In this document: piece by piece, positions 1-10,424 of the stretch
Position numbering within the stretch: the stretch's first letter is position 1
How the letters are laid out: each line of letters starts with the position of its first letter
The notes under the pieces: generated by a model
Databases searched by the model: none
What the model saw: only the letters and a program-made list of their open reading frames with translations
What the model was told of the DNA's origin: nothing
Position numbers and translations under genes: made by a program
Assembly (NCBI GenBank): GCA_035390125.1
Contig: DAOOTD010000003.1
Span: 20,122-84,121, forward strand
From: Candidatus Moraniibacteriota bacterium
Lineage (GTDB): Bacteria; Patescibacteriota; Minisyncoccia; Moranbacterales; GWC2-37-73
Direction of reading: 5' to 3'
DNA length: 64,000 nt

Positions 1-706
1 TGATAAGAAAGCCTGTAATTACATAGGCAAATACAGAAATGGTAAGCAGCTTAAGTACTCTTACATAAAGATGATATTGCACAAAAATTTCTAGCAGAGT
101 TATACCCGCCGCAAGCAAAGCAATTATTATATAGTAATTAAAGTTAGTAAACATTCCTATTGCCGCAGCCATAGCTCCAAGATCAGCACCAATATTGGCG
201 ATATTCGCAACTATGAGCAAAATTACAGCACTAAGCACAATTTTCCGATTATAATGAGTTTTTAGAACTCCAGCCAGACCTTTATTAGTAACTACTCCTA
301 TGCGAGCACATGCCTCTTGAATAGCAGTCATTATAGGTAAAAGCCAAGCAGCCATCCATATAATAGATAAACCAAAGGCTGCACCAACTGATGAATATGT
401 GCCAATTCCTGATGGATCATCATCTGAAGCTCCGGTTATAAGTCCAGGACCTAAAGCTTTCACAAAAAGACGGGCTTTATTCAATGGTGTTCCGATGAAT
501 TTTTTAGCAATAGCTACTTCTGGGGCTGTAATGCGCAAAGTTCCATCAAGTGCCTTCACGGCTTCGACCTCTCCCCAAACAATAAGCTTCTTCGCCAAAA
601 TTAAAGGTATGCCCAATTCTTTTCGAAATTCTGAAAGAGTTAGGGTTTTTTCATTATCTTTTTTCTCTAACTGAACAATACTGTTTTTTAAATTATTTTT
701 TTGCAT
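1..706 (-). CDS. NRAMP/MntH-like divalent metal transporter, N-terminal part (runs off the window start); N-terminal extension resembles an excisionase/MerR-type HTH
   Basis: Manual translation from ATG at 706: MQKNNLKN...KARLFVKALGPGLITGASDDDPSGIGTYSSVGAAFG...AIQEACARIGVVTNKGLAG...ANIANIGADLGAMAAA. The GPG-x-DDDPSG TM1 motif is typical of NRAMP-related transporters. Absent from the ORF track because the stop lies outside the window. Confidence 0.85.
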   Translation of the reverse strand, partial: MQKNNLKNSIVQLEKKDNEKTLTLSEFRKELGIPLILAKKLIVWGEVEAVKALDGTLRITAPEVAIAKKFIGTPLNKARLFVKALGPGLITGASDDDPSGIGTYSSVGAAFGLSIIWMAAWLLPIMTAIQEACARIGVVTNKGLAGVLKTHYNRKIVLSAVILLIVANIANIGADLGAMAAAIGMFTNFNYYIIIALLAAGITLLEIFVQYHLYVRVLKLLTISVFAYVITGFLI

Positions 707-1346
707 TTTCTTTTATTATTTTTAAAACTGTTCTCAAATTATTAGCAGAGAAATCACAATATTTATTTTTTTTGTCTCCATATCTTCCTTCTTTTCTTCT
801 AATTAAAAATGTTTTAGAAAAATGATATTTATTTTTAACTTCTTCTAAAAAACTTACTCTATCATCAATAAAATAGAAACTTTCCCTTGATTTTCCTATT
901 ATTTTTCCAATAGCCCTACTCTTTTCGGCATAAGCAACAACAATAATTTTGTTAAAATATTTTTCTATCCCAGAATTCTTAATTTTTTCCTTTTGAAAAT
1001 TATTTGTTCCAAAAGACAGAATAAAAATATCTTTTTTTCCCATTTTATTAAGAAACTTATCCACGTCTTTGAAAATATATTTTTTTGTATTCTTTACAAG
1101 AACATTAAAATCTTTTTCCAATTGTTTAGTATCTATCTTTATTTTTTTCTTAATTTTTTTAAATTGGAGCGATGGACTATATGAAAACATATTTCCATAA
1201 TTTGTTTTGGAAATTTTATCCTCGCTTTGGTATGTTTCATAAAAAATATTTTTGGATATTCCATGTTTTTGGAAAATTACTTCTATGTCTTCAATAAATT
1301 TTTTTGTGTTAAATAACACATCGTCAAAATCAATAAAAACTTTCAT
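693..1346 (-). CDS. HAD-superfamily hydrolase
   Basis: Motif I IDFDDVLF and motif IV FIDD. Confidence 0.8.
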   Translation of the reverse strand: MKVFIDFDDVLFNTKKFIEDIEVIFQKHGISKNIFYETYQSEDKISKTNYGNMFSYSPSLQFKKIKKKIKIDTKQLEKDFNVLVKNTKKYIFKDVDKFLNKMGKKDIFILSFGTNNFQKEKIKNSGIEKYFNKIIVVAYAEKSRAIGKIIGKSRESFYFIDDRVSFLEEVKNKYHFSKTFLIRRKEGRYGDKKNKYCDFSANNLRTVLKIIKENAKK

Positions 1347-2344
1347 CGTTTTTTATTTAAAATATTCATTAAAATTTTAGCTAATTTTTCGCTATCATGA
1401 CGTATGAAAGATCTTTTTTTTGCCAAATAATCAGCCTTAGAATACTTCGGTTTTTCAGCGCTTAAAAGATCGGCACAGATTATTTTCTTTTTTTCTTCTG
1501 CATCACAATTGGTTTTTAATTTTATAAGAAGCTGCCTTTGACTAGCATATTTTTTCACTAAATTCTCTCTAGGTTTTTTTGAATTAAAAGTAGCATAATC
1601 AATTCTTTCTTTTCCTATAAACTTATTTAGAGAAGTAATATAATCTTCTAAACTGAAGTTTTCTGTCTGACCTTTTTTATTAACTAAATTACAGTTAAAA
1701 ACAACCTTGGCTTTTGATTTTATAATAGCTTCCGAAATACCTTTTACTAATAAATTAGGTACTATACTGCAATAATAGTTTCCTGGACCAATAACGATCA
1801 TATCGGCTTTTAATATTTTTTGAATGGCTTTTTTGTTGGCTTTGGCTTTGGGGGTAAGATATATTTTTTTTATTCCCTTTTTTTCTATTTCAAAACTATG
1901 ATTTATTTCATTTTCGCCTTTTAATGTCTTACCATTTTTAAGTTGAATAAAAAGATTAACATCTTGATCTGTCACTGGAACCACCTCTCCTTTTACATTT
2001 AATATTTTGGAAGCCGTTTCTATTCCTTTCGAGAATTTGCCATCTATTTTTTCTAGTGCAGAAATAAAAAGATTACCAAAACTGTGCCCCTTAAGTGCTC
2101 CTTTTTCGAAACGATAATTCATTAAATTTCTAAGTTCTTTGGAAGATTCTGAAAGCGCCACTAAGCACTGCCTGACATCTCCTGGCGGCAAAACTCCGAG
2201 TTCATCTCTTAATACCCCCGTCGATCCTCCATCATCCACCATGGAAACTACAGCAGAAATATCTACTGGATATTTTTTCAAACCGTTTAAAAGAGTGAAG
2301 CTGCCAGTTCCTCCTCCGATTGTAACGATCTTTTTCCTTGCCAT
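1343..2344 (-). CDS. yvcK: YvcK/GlmR (UPF0052/CofD-like) UDP-GlcNAc-binding protein
   Basis: IGGGTG, DDGGSTG-LR, PPGDVRQCL, GHSFGNL, IGPG motifs. Confidence 0.9.
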   Translation of the reverse strand: MARKKIVTIGGGTGSFTLLNGLKKYPVDISAVVSMVDDGGSTGVLRDELGVLPPGDVRQCLVALSESSKELRNLMNYRFEKGALKGHSFGNLFISALEKIDGKFSKGIETASKILNVKGEVVPVTDQDVNLFIQLKNGKTLKGENEINHSFEIEKKGIKKIYLTPKAKANKKAIQKILKADMIVIGPGNYYCSIVPNLLVKGISEAIIKSKAKVVFNCNLVNKKGQTENFSLEDYITSLNKFIGKERIDYATFNSKKPRENLVKKYASQRQLLIKLKTNCDAEEKKKIICADLLSAEKPKYSKADYLAKKRSFIRHDSEKLAKILMNILNKKR

Positions 2345-2346
2345 AG

Positions 2347-3027
2347 CTAAATAAATTTATCTATAACTTCTTCGGCTTTCTTTATGTCTTCGGGATAACC
2401 AACTGGCAACCATTGCAAAGCCTGCAAAATCTTTACTGGATAATCTTGCGCCATTTTGGCCAAAGTTTGAGGAAGACCAAATTCAGTTTCACTAATGGGA
2501 ACCAGGTCATAATCAAAAAATTTCTCATTTAATACAAAGGCGTTTGTACTAATTAAAGCTTTTTCTTTTAATTGAGGCTTTTCTATTATTTCAATCAGAT
2601 GACCACTTTCATCAGTTTTTAAAACACCAAATCTCGTTGAATCTTCAACTTCGAAAGCTAAAATTGCCAATTCATAATTCAGAAGATCCTTTAGATCTTC
2701 TTTATAATAAAGATCGTCTCCCATAACCACCATAAACTTGCCTTTTAATAAATCTTTGCAGGTATGCACTGCCCCGCCGGTGCCGTTTAATTTTTCCTGC
2801 ACAACATATTTGATTTTTCGTCCATTGAACTCATCTCCGAAATATTTCTGAATCTGGTCACCAAGATGATTAATAACAATAATAACTTCGTCAACAATTT
2901 CTGGCAAAAAATTTATAGTATACTCCAAAATTGGTTTTTCCTTAACTAAAAGCATCGCCTTGGGAATATCATACGTTAATGGTTGCATCCGTGTTCCCTT
3001 TCCAGCGGCTAAAATCACTGCTTGCAT
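2347..3027 (-). CDS. Sugar-phosphate nucleotidyltransferase (GlmU-N/RmlA-like)
   Basis: ILAAGKGTRM-PLT---PK, Q---GTGGA, GDD, EKP motifs. Confidence 0.85.
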   Translation of the reverse strand: MQAVILAAGKGTRMQPLTYDIPKAMLLVKEKPILEYTINFLPEIVDEVIIVINHLGDQIQKYFGDEFNGRKIKYVVQEKLNGTGGAVHTCKDLLKGKFMVVMGDDLYYKEDLKDLLNYELAILAFEVEDSTRFGVLKTDESGHLIEIIEKPQLKEKALISTNAFVLNEKFFDYDLVPISETEFGLPQTLAKMAQDYPVKILQALQWLPVGYPEDIKKAEEVIDKFI

Positions 3028-3039
3028 AATTTTTTATTT

Positions 3040-5472
3040 TTAACTGATTACGATATTTATTAGTCTGCCAGCAACAAAAATTATTTTCTTTATTTCTTTG
3101 CCTTCAATAAATGACTTTATCTTCTCCCTTTCCAAGGCTGTTTCTTTGGCTTCGTCTTCCGTCACGTCTGGTGCCACAAAAATTTTGTCACGTAATTTTC
3201 CATTTACCTGTACAACCATCTCTATTTCTTCTTCTTTGAGATATTTTTCGTCAGCCTCTGGCCATTTTTCTTTAAATATTGATTCTTTATTACCCAATTG
3301 TGACCAAAGCTCTTCAGTTATATGTGGAGCAAAAGGGCTAAGAACAGTCAGGAATAATTTATATTCAGAAGCCATTAAAACCTTTTCTTTTTCCATGGCA
3401 TTTACTAAAATCATCATTTGTGAAATTGCAGTATTAAATCTAAAGTTTTCAATATCTTCTGTAACTTTCTTTATAGTTTTATTGAGCAATATTTGAACAT
3501 TATTATCTGCTATGTTTTGATCGCTGATTTTTGATTGTAAATTCCAAACTTTTTCTAAAAATCTCACGATACCAATTATTCCCTTTGTATTCCATGGTTT
3601 CATAGCTTCTAGTGGACCCATAAACATTTCGAACATCCTAAGTGCATCAGCGCCATATTCATCCACAACTTTGTCCGGGTTAATGACATTGCCGAAAGAC
3701 TTAGACATTTTACGACTGTCTTCAGCTAAAATTATGCCTTGGTGTCTTAGCTTTAAAAATGGTTCATCAAAGTTAACATAGCCTAAGTTATGCAAAACCT
3801 TGGTAAAAAATCTGGCATAAAGCAGGTGTAAAACTGAATGTTCCGCTCCTCCGACATACAAATCAACCGGCAACCATTGCTTCAGCATTTCCAGACTAGC
3901 AAATTCTTTGTCATTTTTTGGATCACTATAACGCAGATAATACCAAGATGAACAAACAAATGTGTCCATAGTATCTGATTCTCTTCTGGCTTTTTCGCCA
4001 CAATTAGGACATTTAACATCATGGAATTTTTTAGATTTCACTAATGGTGATTCGCCTGTCGGCATGAAGTCAACATCATCCGAAAGCAGAACCGGCAGAT
4101 TTTTTTCCAGTGCTGGAACTTCACCGCATTTATCACAATAAATTATTGGAATTGGAGCACCCCAATATCTTTGACGCGAAACTAACCAGTCCCGCAATTT
4201 GTAGTTTACAGTTCCATGACCAATTCCCTCTTTTTCCAGCCACTGGGTTAGTTTTTTACGGGCTTCTTCTGATGTTAAATCATTATACTCGCCAGAATTT
4301 ACTAAAATACCATCTTCCGTATAAGCCCTTTTTTCAATTGATGATTCTCCTTCTCTGCTTTTTATGACTTCTTCTATTTTTAAATTAAACTTCTTGGCAA
4401 ATTCATAATCTCTTTCATCATGAGCCGGCACAGCCATGACTGCGCCTGTGCCATAGTGCGCTAATACAAAATCAGATACAAAAAGCGGAATTTCTTCTTT
4501 CGTAAATGGATTAATAACTTTCATTCCCTTTAATTCAATGCCTGTTTTTTCCTTAGTTTCTGAAATTCTTTGCAGTTCCGATTTTTTCTTAGCTTCAGCA
4601 ACGTATTTTTTAACTTCTTTCCAATTCAAGATCTGAGATTTAAGATCTGAAATTACTTTATGTTCAGGAGCAATCAGGGCAAAAGTCATACCAAAAACTG
4701 TATCTAAGCGTGTGGTAAAAACTTCCAGATATTTATCTGTGTCGATAATCTGCATTTTAAACTGTGCGCCTTCTGATTTGTTTATCCAATTTTTCTGCGC
4801 TAATTTTGTTGACTCCGGCCAGTCAACTTTATCCAATCCATTAATAAGTCCGGATGTTTTTCCTTTATCTTCAACAAAATCAGTAATCTTAAAAAACCAC
4901 TGTTCCATATCTTTCTGAATAACTTGATTCTTACATCTTTCACAGATTCCACTTTCTGCTTGTTCATTAGCTAAAACCGTCTGACAAGATTCACACCAGT
5001 TTACCTTGGCTTTTTTCTTATAAGCTAATCCGTTTTTATAAAGCAGAAGAAAAAACCACTGCGTCCATTTATAATATTCCGGATCAGCTGAACAAATTTC
5101 TCGCGACCAATCATAAGAAAAACCCATTCTGTTCATTTGTCCCTTGAAAGTCGCAATGGCTTTTCTAGTTGTTTCTAATGGATGAATTTTTGTTTTAATT
5201 GCGTAGTTTTCTGCCGGCAATCCAAAAGCGTCCCAGCCTTGAGGATGCAGAACATTTAGGCCTTTCATCCTTGAATATCTGGAAAGAATATCGGTCGCCG
5301 TATAACTTTCCACATGTCCGACATGCAAACCATCTCCTGATGGATATGGAAACATATCTAAAATATATTTTTTTTCTTTTTTTGAATCATTTTCAGCAAA
5401 ATATAGCTCTGGGTTTTTCCCCCAGTAATCTTGCCATTTTTGTTCAATTTTTTTATGATCGTATTTTTTCAT
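3040..5472 (-). CDS. leuS: Leucyl-tRNA synthetase
   Basis: MFPYPSG-GLHVGH, GWDAFGLPAEN, SRQRYWG, KMSKS. Confidence 0.97.
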   Translation of the reverse strand: MKKYDHKKIEQKWQDYWGKNPELYFAENDSKKEKKYILDMFPYPSGDGLHVGHVESYTATDILSRYSRMKGLNVLHPQGWDAFGLPAENYAIKTKIHPLETTRKAIATFKGQMNRMGFSYDWSREICSADPEYYKWTQWFFLLLYKNGLAYKKKAKVNWCESCQTVLANEQAESGICERCKNQVIQKDMEQWFFKITDFVEDKGKTSGLINGLDKVDWPESTKLAQKNWINKSEGAQFKMQIIDTDKYLEVFTTRLDTVFGMTFALIAPEHKVISDLKSQILNWKEVKKYVAEAKKKSELQRISETKEKTGIELKGMKVINPFTKEEIPLFVSDFVLAHYGTGAVMAVPAHDERDYEFAKKFNLKIEEVIKSREGESSIEKRAYTEDGILVNSGEYNDLTSEEARKKLTQWLEKEGIGHGTVNYKLRDWLVSRQRYWGAPIPIIYCDKCGEVPALEKNLPVLLSDDVDFMPTGESPLVKSKKFHDVKCPNCGEKARRESDTMDTFVCSSWYYLRYSDPKNDKEFASLEMLKQWLPVDLYVGGAEHSVLHLLYARFFTKVLHNLGYVNFDEPFLKLRHQGIILAEDSRKMSKSFGNVINPDKVVDEYGADALRMFEMFMGPLEAMKPWNTKGIIGIVRFLEKVWNLQSKISDQNIADNNVQILLNKTIKKVTEDIENFRFNTAISQMMILVNAMEKEKVLMASEYKLFLTVLSPFAPHITEELWSQLGNKESIFKEKWPEADEKYLKEEEIEMVVQVNGKLRDKIFVAPDVTEDEAKETALEREKIKSFIEGKEIKKIIFVAGRLINIVIS

Positions 5473-5503
5473 GTGTTTATACTACCATAAATAAAGACTT
5501 TTA

Positions 5504-6322
5504 TCAATTATTTTCCTTTTGTTGAGCCTTAAAAGCCAAATATACGTTTTCCAAAAGACAGGCAATTGTGACAGGGCCTACTCCTCCTGGAACAGGAGAC
5601 AAAAAACCATTTTTTTCTTCTACTGAAGCAAAATCAACATCTCCTATAACTTTCCCATTAAATTTTTCAATTCCACCATCAATTACAATGGCTTTGTCTT
5701 TAAGCATTTCTCCTTTTAATAATCCACAATGTCCAACAGCGCTTATTACAATATCAGCTTTTCTGATTTTATTCATATTTTCAGACATATTTTTTGCAAT
5801 AAGATATTCTGTTTGAATGTTATTTTTTAAAAGCATTTTTGCCATAGTCTGTCCAAATTCATCAGAATTAGCAATAACTATTGCTTTTTTTCTTTCTAAA
5901 TTTTCTCCGCTGCTTTCCAGCAATAATAAAATTGCCTGAGGAAAAACAGGACTGAGTGCACTTTTACCGGAAAAGCCGTCGGCATCTTTTCTCGGATCGA
6001 TATTGGATATTATTTTTTTAGCATTAAGAATTCTTGGCAAAGGCATTTGTACAATCATTCCGTGAATGTTCTTATCATTATTTATTTTTTGTATAAGATC
6101 TATAACTTTATTTTCAGAAATATTTTCTTCCAAATCAAATCTTTGAAAATTTATGCCTATTTCCCTGGCTTTTTTTTCTTTAAGCGAAACATAAAGATGC
6201 GAAGCCTCGTCTTTTCCAACCAGAATAACAGCCATCCCTGGTTTTTTGTTGCTCATTGAAATATCGCTTTTTAAGCGATTCAGAATTTTATCGGCAATTG
6301 GTTTTCCATATAACAATATCAT
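5504..6322 (-). CDS. folD: Methylene-THF dehydrogenase/cyclohydrolase FolD (divergent nucleotide-binding loop)
   Basis: YVSLK, VQMPLP, KDADG, GDVD, SPVPGGVGPVT. Confidence 0.85.
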   Translation of the reverse strand: MILLYGKPIADKILNRLKSDISMSNKKPGMAVILVGKDEASHLYVSLKEKKAREIGINFQRFDLEENISENKVIDLIQKINNDKNIHGMIVQMPLPRILNAKKIISNIDPRKDADGFSGKSALSPVFPQAILLLLESSGENLERKKAIVIANSDEFGQTMAKMLLKNNIQTEYLIAKNMSENMNKIRKADIVISAVGHCGLLKGEMLKDKAIVIDGGIEKFNGKVIGDVDFASVEEKNGFLSPVPGGVGPVTIACLLENVYLAFKAQQKENN

Positions 6323-6445
6323 TTTTTAGTTTATGGCTATATTTATTATTTTTTAATTATACCCTTTAAAAACAAAAAGGGGCAAATGTTTTTTATTTTT
6401 TTAAAACATAAAAAATAGCAAAGAAAAATTTAACACAAAAATAGA

Positions 6446-6473
6446 GAAAAATCGGTATTGATACCGATTTTTC
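6446..6473 (-). terminator. Intrinsic terminator after tgt
   Basis: GAAAAATCGGTA-ttga-TACCGATTTTTC perfect inverted repeat with A/T tails. Confidence 0.7.
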
Positions 6474-6497
6474 AACTTACCAAAACATTAACACTCC

Positions 6498-7604
6498 TTA
6501 CTGTAACTTTTTCATTAATTCCAGATAAAAATTTAGGTTATGCAATGAAGCTAATTTCAAAAAAAGAGGATCCTTTGATTTAATTAAGTGATTAAGGTAA
6601 GCTTTAGTATAATTTTGGCAAGCATAGCAATTGCAATTTTTATCAATAGGTGTAAAATCATTCCTGAATTTTTCATTTCTGATATTTATTGTTTTATAAA
6701 AATCCTTTTTTTGTATGTCTTCTTTTTTCCAAATAAATAACCTACCGTGCCTTCCTTCCCTTGTTGGAATAACACAGTCAAACATATCCCATCCCATATG
6801 CACACATTTAACAATATCTTCTGGAGTTCCTACACCTAAGGCAAATCGCAATGATTTTTCAGGAATAAGATCAGCAGTAAATTCCAAAACGTCTTTTAAA
6901 AATTTTCCTCCACTGTCAACGTGCCTAGCTCCAAATCCATAACCGTCAAATCCTATTTTTATAAGATTTTCTGTACAATATTTCCTTAAATCCTTATATT
7001 CCCCTCCTTGAATAACCCCAAAAAGAAGTGGTCGATTTTTTTGTTTTATTTTTCTTTTTTCAATCTGTTTTCCATATTCAACTTTACATCTTTTGGCCCA
7101 AGAAATTGTCCTTTCTACTGATTTTTTTATTTTTTCTTTGCTGTAATTATTTGGCGGTGGGTCATCCAAGCAAACCATCATATCTACCCCTAAATCAAAC
7201 TGTATTTGCATGGCTTTCTCTGGCGTTAATTCATGCCTTAATCCATCCAAGGGCGATTTAAAAATAACCTTTTTATCAGTAATTTTGCCCATTTTTGGAT
7301 TTTTATGAATAAGGGAAAAAACCTGGTAACCTCCACTATCTGATAGAAGTGGATTATTCCAATTCATGAATTTATGGATACCACCCGACTTAGTTATAGT
7401 TTTAATCCCAGGCTGAAGGTATAAATGATAGGTATTTACAACCATAGGACCCATGCCAATTTTTTTTAAATCATTCTCGGAAAGAGACCTAACAAAACCC
7501 CTGGTTGCGTCAGGCATAAAAAACGGGGTTTTAATAACTCCGTTTTTAGTATATAAAATACCCTTGCGATGCTTTTTTTGTTGCGATAATAATTTAATTC
7601 CCAT
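6498..7604 (-). CDS. tgt: tRNA-guanine transglycosylase (divergent substrate pocket)
   Basis: TPFFMP, NTYHL, DSGGYQVFSL, QGG, DMFDCVIPTR, Zn site CNCYAC...HN. Confidence 0.9.
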   Translation of the reverse strand: MGIKLLSQQKKHRKGILYTKNGVIKTPFFMPDATRGFVRSLSENDLKKIGMGPMVVNTYHLYLQPGIKTITKSGGIHKFMNWNNPLLSDSGGYQVFSLIHKNPKMGKITDKKVIFKSPLDGLRHELTPEKAMQIQFDLGVDMMVCLDDPPPNNYSKEKIKKSVERTISWAKRCKVEYGKQIEKRKIKQKNRPLLFGVIQGGEYKDLRKYCTENLIKIGFDGYGFGARHVDSGGKFLKDVLEFTADLIPEKSLRFALGVGTPEDIVKCVHMGWDMFDCVIPTREGRHGRLFIWKKEDIQKKDFYKTINIRNEKFRNDFTPIDKNCNCYACQNYTKAYLNHLIKSKDPLFLKLASLHNLNFYLELMKKLQ

Positions 7605-7659
7605 GAGATAACATCATAATCAATACGTTAGAACGTATAGAATAAATTTAATTATTAGA

Positions 7660-9570
7660 TTACTTGATGACCTTACCGGCATACCCTACCTTGGGATCTT
7701 CTGAAAGCTGAGTATTTTTTTTCTCTTTTTTTATGTTTATATTTTGTCCTGTAAAACTATCGGTTGCGCTTAAAACAGATTCATTGAGAAGTGTAATGAA
7801 CTGACCAAATTGGTTTAGCTGTGGAGTTATTTCAACTTGAAATGCAACTTCTCGTTTAGGCTTTAAAACTCCCGTCGCCGCATTTATATCACCAGCATCC
7901 CAAATAACCTCGTTAGTTCTTTCATTGTATGAAATTTTCTCACCTTCTGGATATACTTTTCCGGTCCAGCGTACTCCCGATGGCAATGATGATATTATTT
8001 TTGTATTAGAAATATCATTGGAAATATTATCAACCAACCAATGCAAAGAGAAAGTAGTTGGTGATCCCACCTTGATAGGCATAGGACCCGTATTTGAAAT
8101 CTTTGAATCATTATAAAATCCTTGGACATTAAAAAGTACTTTTGATGAAAGTTTCAGCTTTAAAACATCACTGCCTATGATCTTATTCGCATTATTGGTC
8201 ACTGGAATATCTGGGCTATCTATTTTTGCAACAGAAGAAACTATAAAGTTTTTGTCAGATTCTTTTTCTACAGGAATCATTATTTTTACAGGGATTGAAA
8301 AGCCAACTGATCCTGATGCCTGAGGACTAATATTTTTTAGCTCTGGAATTTCTGATGCTTTCCAGGTTATTAACCCTGTTTGTTCGGAATAAGATCCTCT
8401 GTCTACTTTTATTTTTGAAAAATCAAGAATATTTCCCTTAATTTGAGCGGTTATAATAGCATCACGAAGACCCACAGAACCAGTATTTACATACTGGATT
8501 ACATAAGAAAGTTTTTCTCCAGCATAAATAAAGTTTGAATCTTTTTTATATAAAGATTGATTTATTGTAAGAATAGGAGAAATTATGTTAGTTTTATATT
8601 CTTGTTTATCAAAAATTGAAAAATTTCCATCCTCTCCAATGTGCCCGAGTGAGACAGAAATAGTTTCTTGATCTCCACTTTTGCCTTCAAGCTGACCATG
8701 AATTATTATTTTTCCGCTTTGCCCTGCTTCTAGGCTCAGTATATACCAATATGCATTTTTTTCAGATGGGTTTGGTTGCGCATCATTAAATTCAAATCCC
8801 TGAGGAAAATCAACCCTGATTTGTAAATCACTTATATTTTTTATATCATTGTTTTTATACTCAATCACATACTCAACTTCATTTCCACTAACTATTTCTT
8901 GCGGAGCCATTATATTAATTGAAATTGGTGAACCAGCTATTCTTACGCTAATTTCACTTTCCGTTGAAAGACTTTCTGAAGAATTAGCTGGAGTAAAAAT
9001 AAGAGATGCATGCATATTAGCAGGAAAATCTTTGGGGGCATAAAAATTTCCCTTGAAATCAACCGTTCCTTCATTTTTTGGTTCTATAGTGCCTATATTT
9101 ATCAGACTTGAACCAAGGCTTAGGTATTTAACATTTACATTGTCAGATGATGGCTGAAAATTTTCAGTATAAGTTAATTTAATCTCAACATTTTTCAAGG
9201 CAATACGATTATCATTTTTATAATGTATTGTGTACTTAGTGGGTGCAGTGCTATCAACTTCCCTAGGTCCGTCAATATACACCGAAACCCGATCTTGATT
9301 AAATGCACTTTTTTTCCACCAATTATAAGTAAAATATCCAGCTAAAGAAATAATAAACAATAAAATGACTGATGAAATTATCAATATCATTTTTTTTTGT
9401 TCAGGCGAAAGGCCTTTTTTGGGCCTGCTCCAGTTTTGTTGTTCGTCAAAAGGACTAGGTTGTTCGGGAAGAGATTTGTTGGGATTATATTCGTTCCTTT
9501 CCTGGATGCGCTCAGGAACTACATTTGAATCATATTTATACAGTTCTTTATTGAGATCATTTAGAGACAT
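7660..9570 (-). CDS. Membrane-anchored protein with multiple Ig-like/DUF11-type beta domains
   Basis: N-terminal TM helix, then repeated Y-I-Y-N...V-LP-G beta-sandwich signatures. Confidence 0.6.
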   Translation of the reverse strand: MSLNDLNKELYKYDSNVVPERIQERNEYNPNKSLPEQPSPFDEQQNWSRPKKGLSPEQKKMILIISSVILLFIISLAGYFTYNWWKKSAFNQDRVSVYIDGPREVDSTAPTKYTIHYKNDNRIALKNVEIKLTYTENFQPSSDNVNVKYLSLGSSLINIGTIEPKNEGTVDFKGNFYAPKDFPANMHASLIFTPANSSESLSTESEISVRIAGSPISINIMAPQEIVSGNEVEYVIEYKNNDIKNISDLQIRVDFPQGFEFNDAQPNPSEKNAYWYILSLEAGQSGKIIIHGQLEGKSGDQETISVSLGHIGEDGNFSIFDKQEYKTNIISPILTINQSLYKKDSNFIYAGEKLSYVIQYVNTGSVGLRDAIITAQIKGNILDFSKIKVDRGSYSEQTGLITWKASEIPELKNISPQASGSVGFSIPVKIMIPVEKESDKNFIVSSVAKIDSPDIPVTNNANKIIGSDVLKLKLSSKVLFNVQGFYNDSKISNTGPMPIKVGSPTTFSLHWLVDNISNDISNTKIISSLPSGVRWTGKVYPEGEKISYNERTNEVIWDAGDINAATGVLKPKREVAFQVEITPQLNQFGQFITLLNESVLSATDSFTGQNINIKKEKKNTQLSEDPKVGYAGKVIK

Positions 9571-9636
9571 AATTTTTTGTATATTTTTTTATTTTATACC
9601 TGTTTTTATAATACCATAAAATGAGTGTTTTTCAAG

Positions 9637-10356
9637 TTAATTGTTCCACCTCAAAAACTCATTAACTACCAAAAGAGTGCTGTCACAATCTTCTTTAGTA
9701 GCCTGTATTTTTGCCAAAGTATTCATTTTATTTTGTAAAAACAATCGTATCATTTTTATAGCATTGGCACGTACAATAATTGCCGCATCTTGGTTTTTTT
9801 CAGCACAAGAAAAACACAATGTTCCCCCATGTTTTGCATTAAATATGGGTGAACTCTCGGAAAGTTTTTTACTGCAAACAACACATGAATTTACTTCTAT
9901 GGTATACCCAAGTTCGGACAATAGTTTGACGATGAAGCCTAATTTTAGCAGAACATGCTTTTTCTTGTCTTTATTAACAGCACAAATATTAACAGTTTCT
10001 AAATAATTTTTAAGAAGTTCAAAAATAAAACGATCCGGATTTTCAAAATCAACCAATTTCTCAAATAAACCCAACGCAGAAAAAACTTCCAGAATTGCTT
10101 CACTTTCACTTTTTACGGCTGTGAAATTATTTTCAACAATAGATCCAGTAATTTTTCCAATTCCTTTGGTTTTAATGATAGTTATGTCTGCCAAAGTTAT
10201 ATTTTCAAGCATAGAAGCTAATTTGGCATTAGATTTTCTAACTCCTTTAGCCAGGGATTTTATTTTCCCACCTTCAAGAGTATAAATCGTATATGTACGA
10301 TCAGTTTCCCCTACATCACGTTTATTCAAAATAATTCCAGTATATTTATATTCCAT
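9637..10356 (-). CDS. recO: DNA repair protein RecO
   Basis: GETDR-YTIYT---GKI--LAKGVRK, Zn finger CVVC...GG-LCFSC. Confidence 0.92.
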   Translation of the reverse strand: MEYKYTGIILNKRDVGETDRTYTIYTLEGGKIKSLAKGVRKSNAKLASMLENITLADITIIKTKGIGKITGSIVENNFTAVKSESEAILEVFSALGLFEKLVDFENPDRFIFELLKNYLETVNICAVNKDKKKHVLLKLGFIVKLLSELGYTIEVNSCVVCSKKLSESSPIFNAKHGGTLCFSCAEKNQDAAIIVRANAIKMIRLFLQNKMNTLAKIQATKEDCDSTLLVVNEFLRWNN

Positions 10357-10394
10357 ATCTTAATTATAAGCATAAAATTATGTTTAGGCCAAAG

Positions 10395-10420
10395 AAAAAG
10401 GCCTTGTTTTGCAAGACCTT
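10395..10420 (-). terminator. Intrinsic terminator after the small membrane ORF downstream of ileS
   Basis: Minus strand AAGGTCTTG-caaaa-CAAGGCCTT-TTT. Confidence 0.55.
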
Positions 10421-10424
10421 ATAC

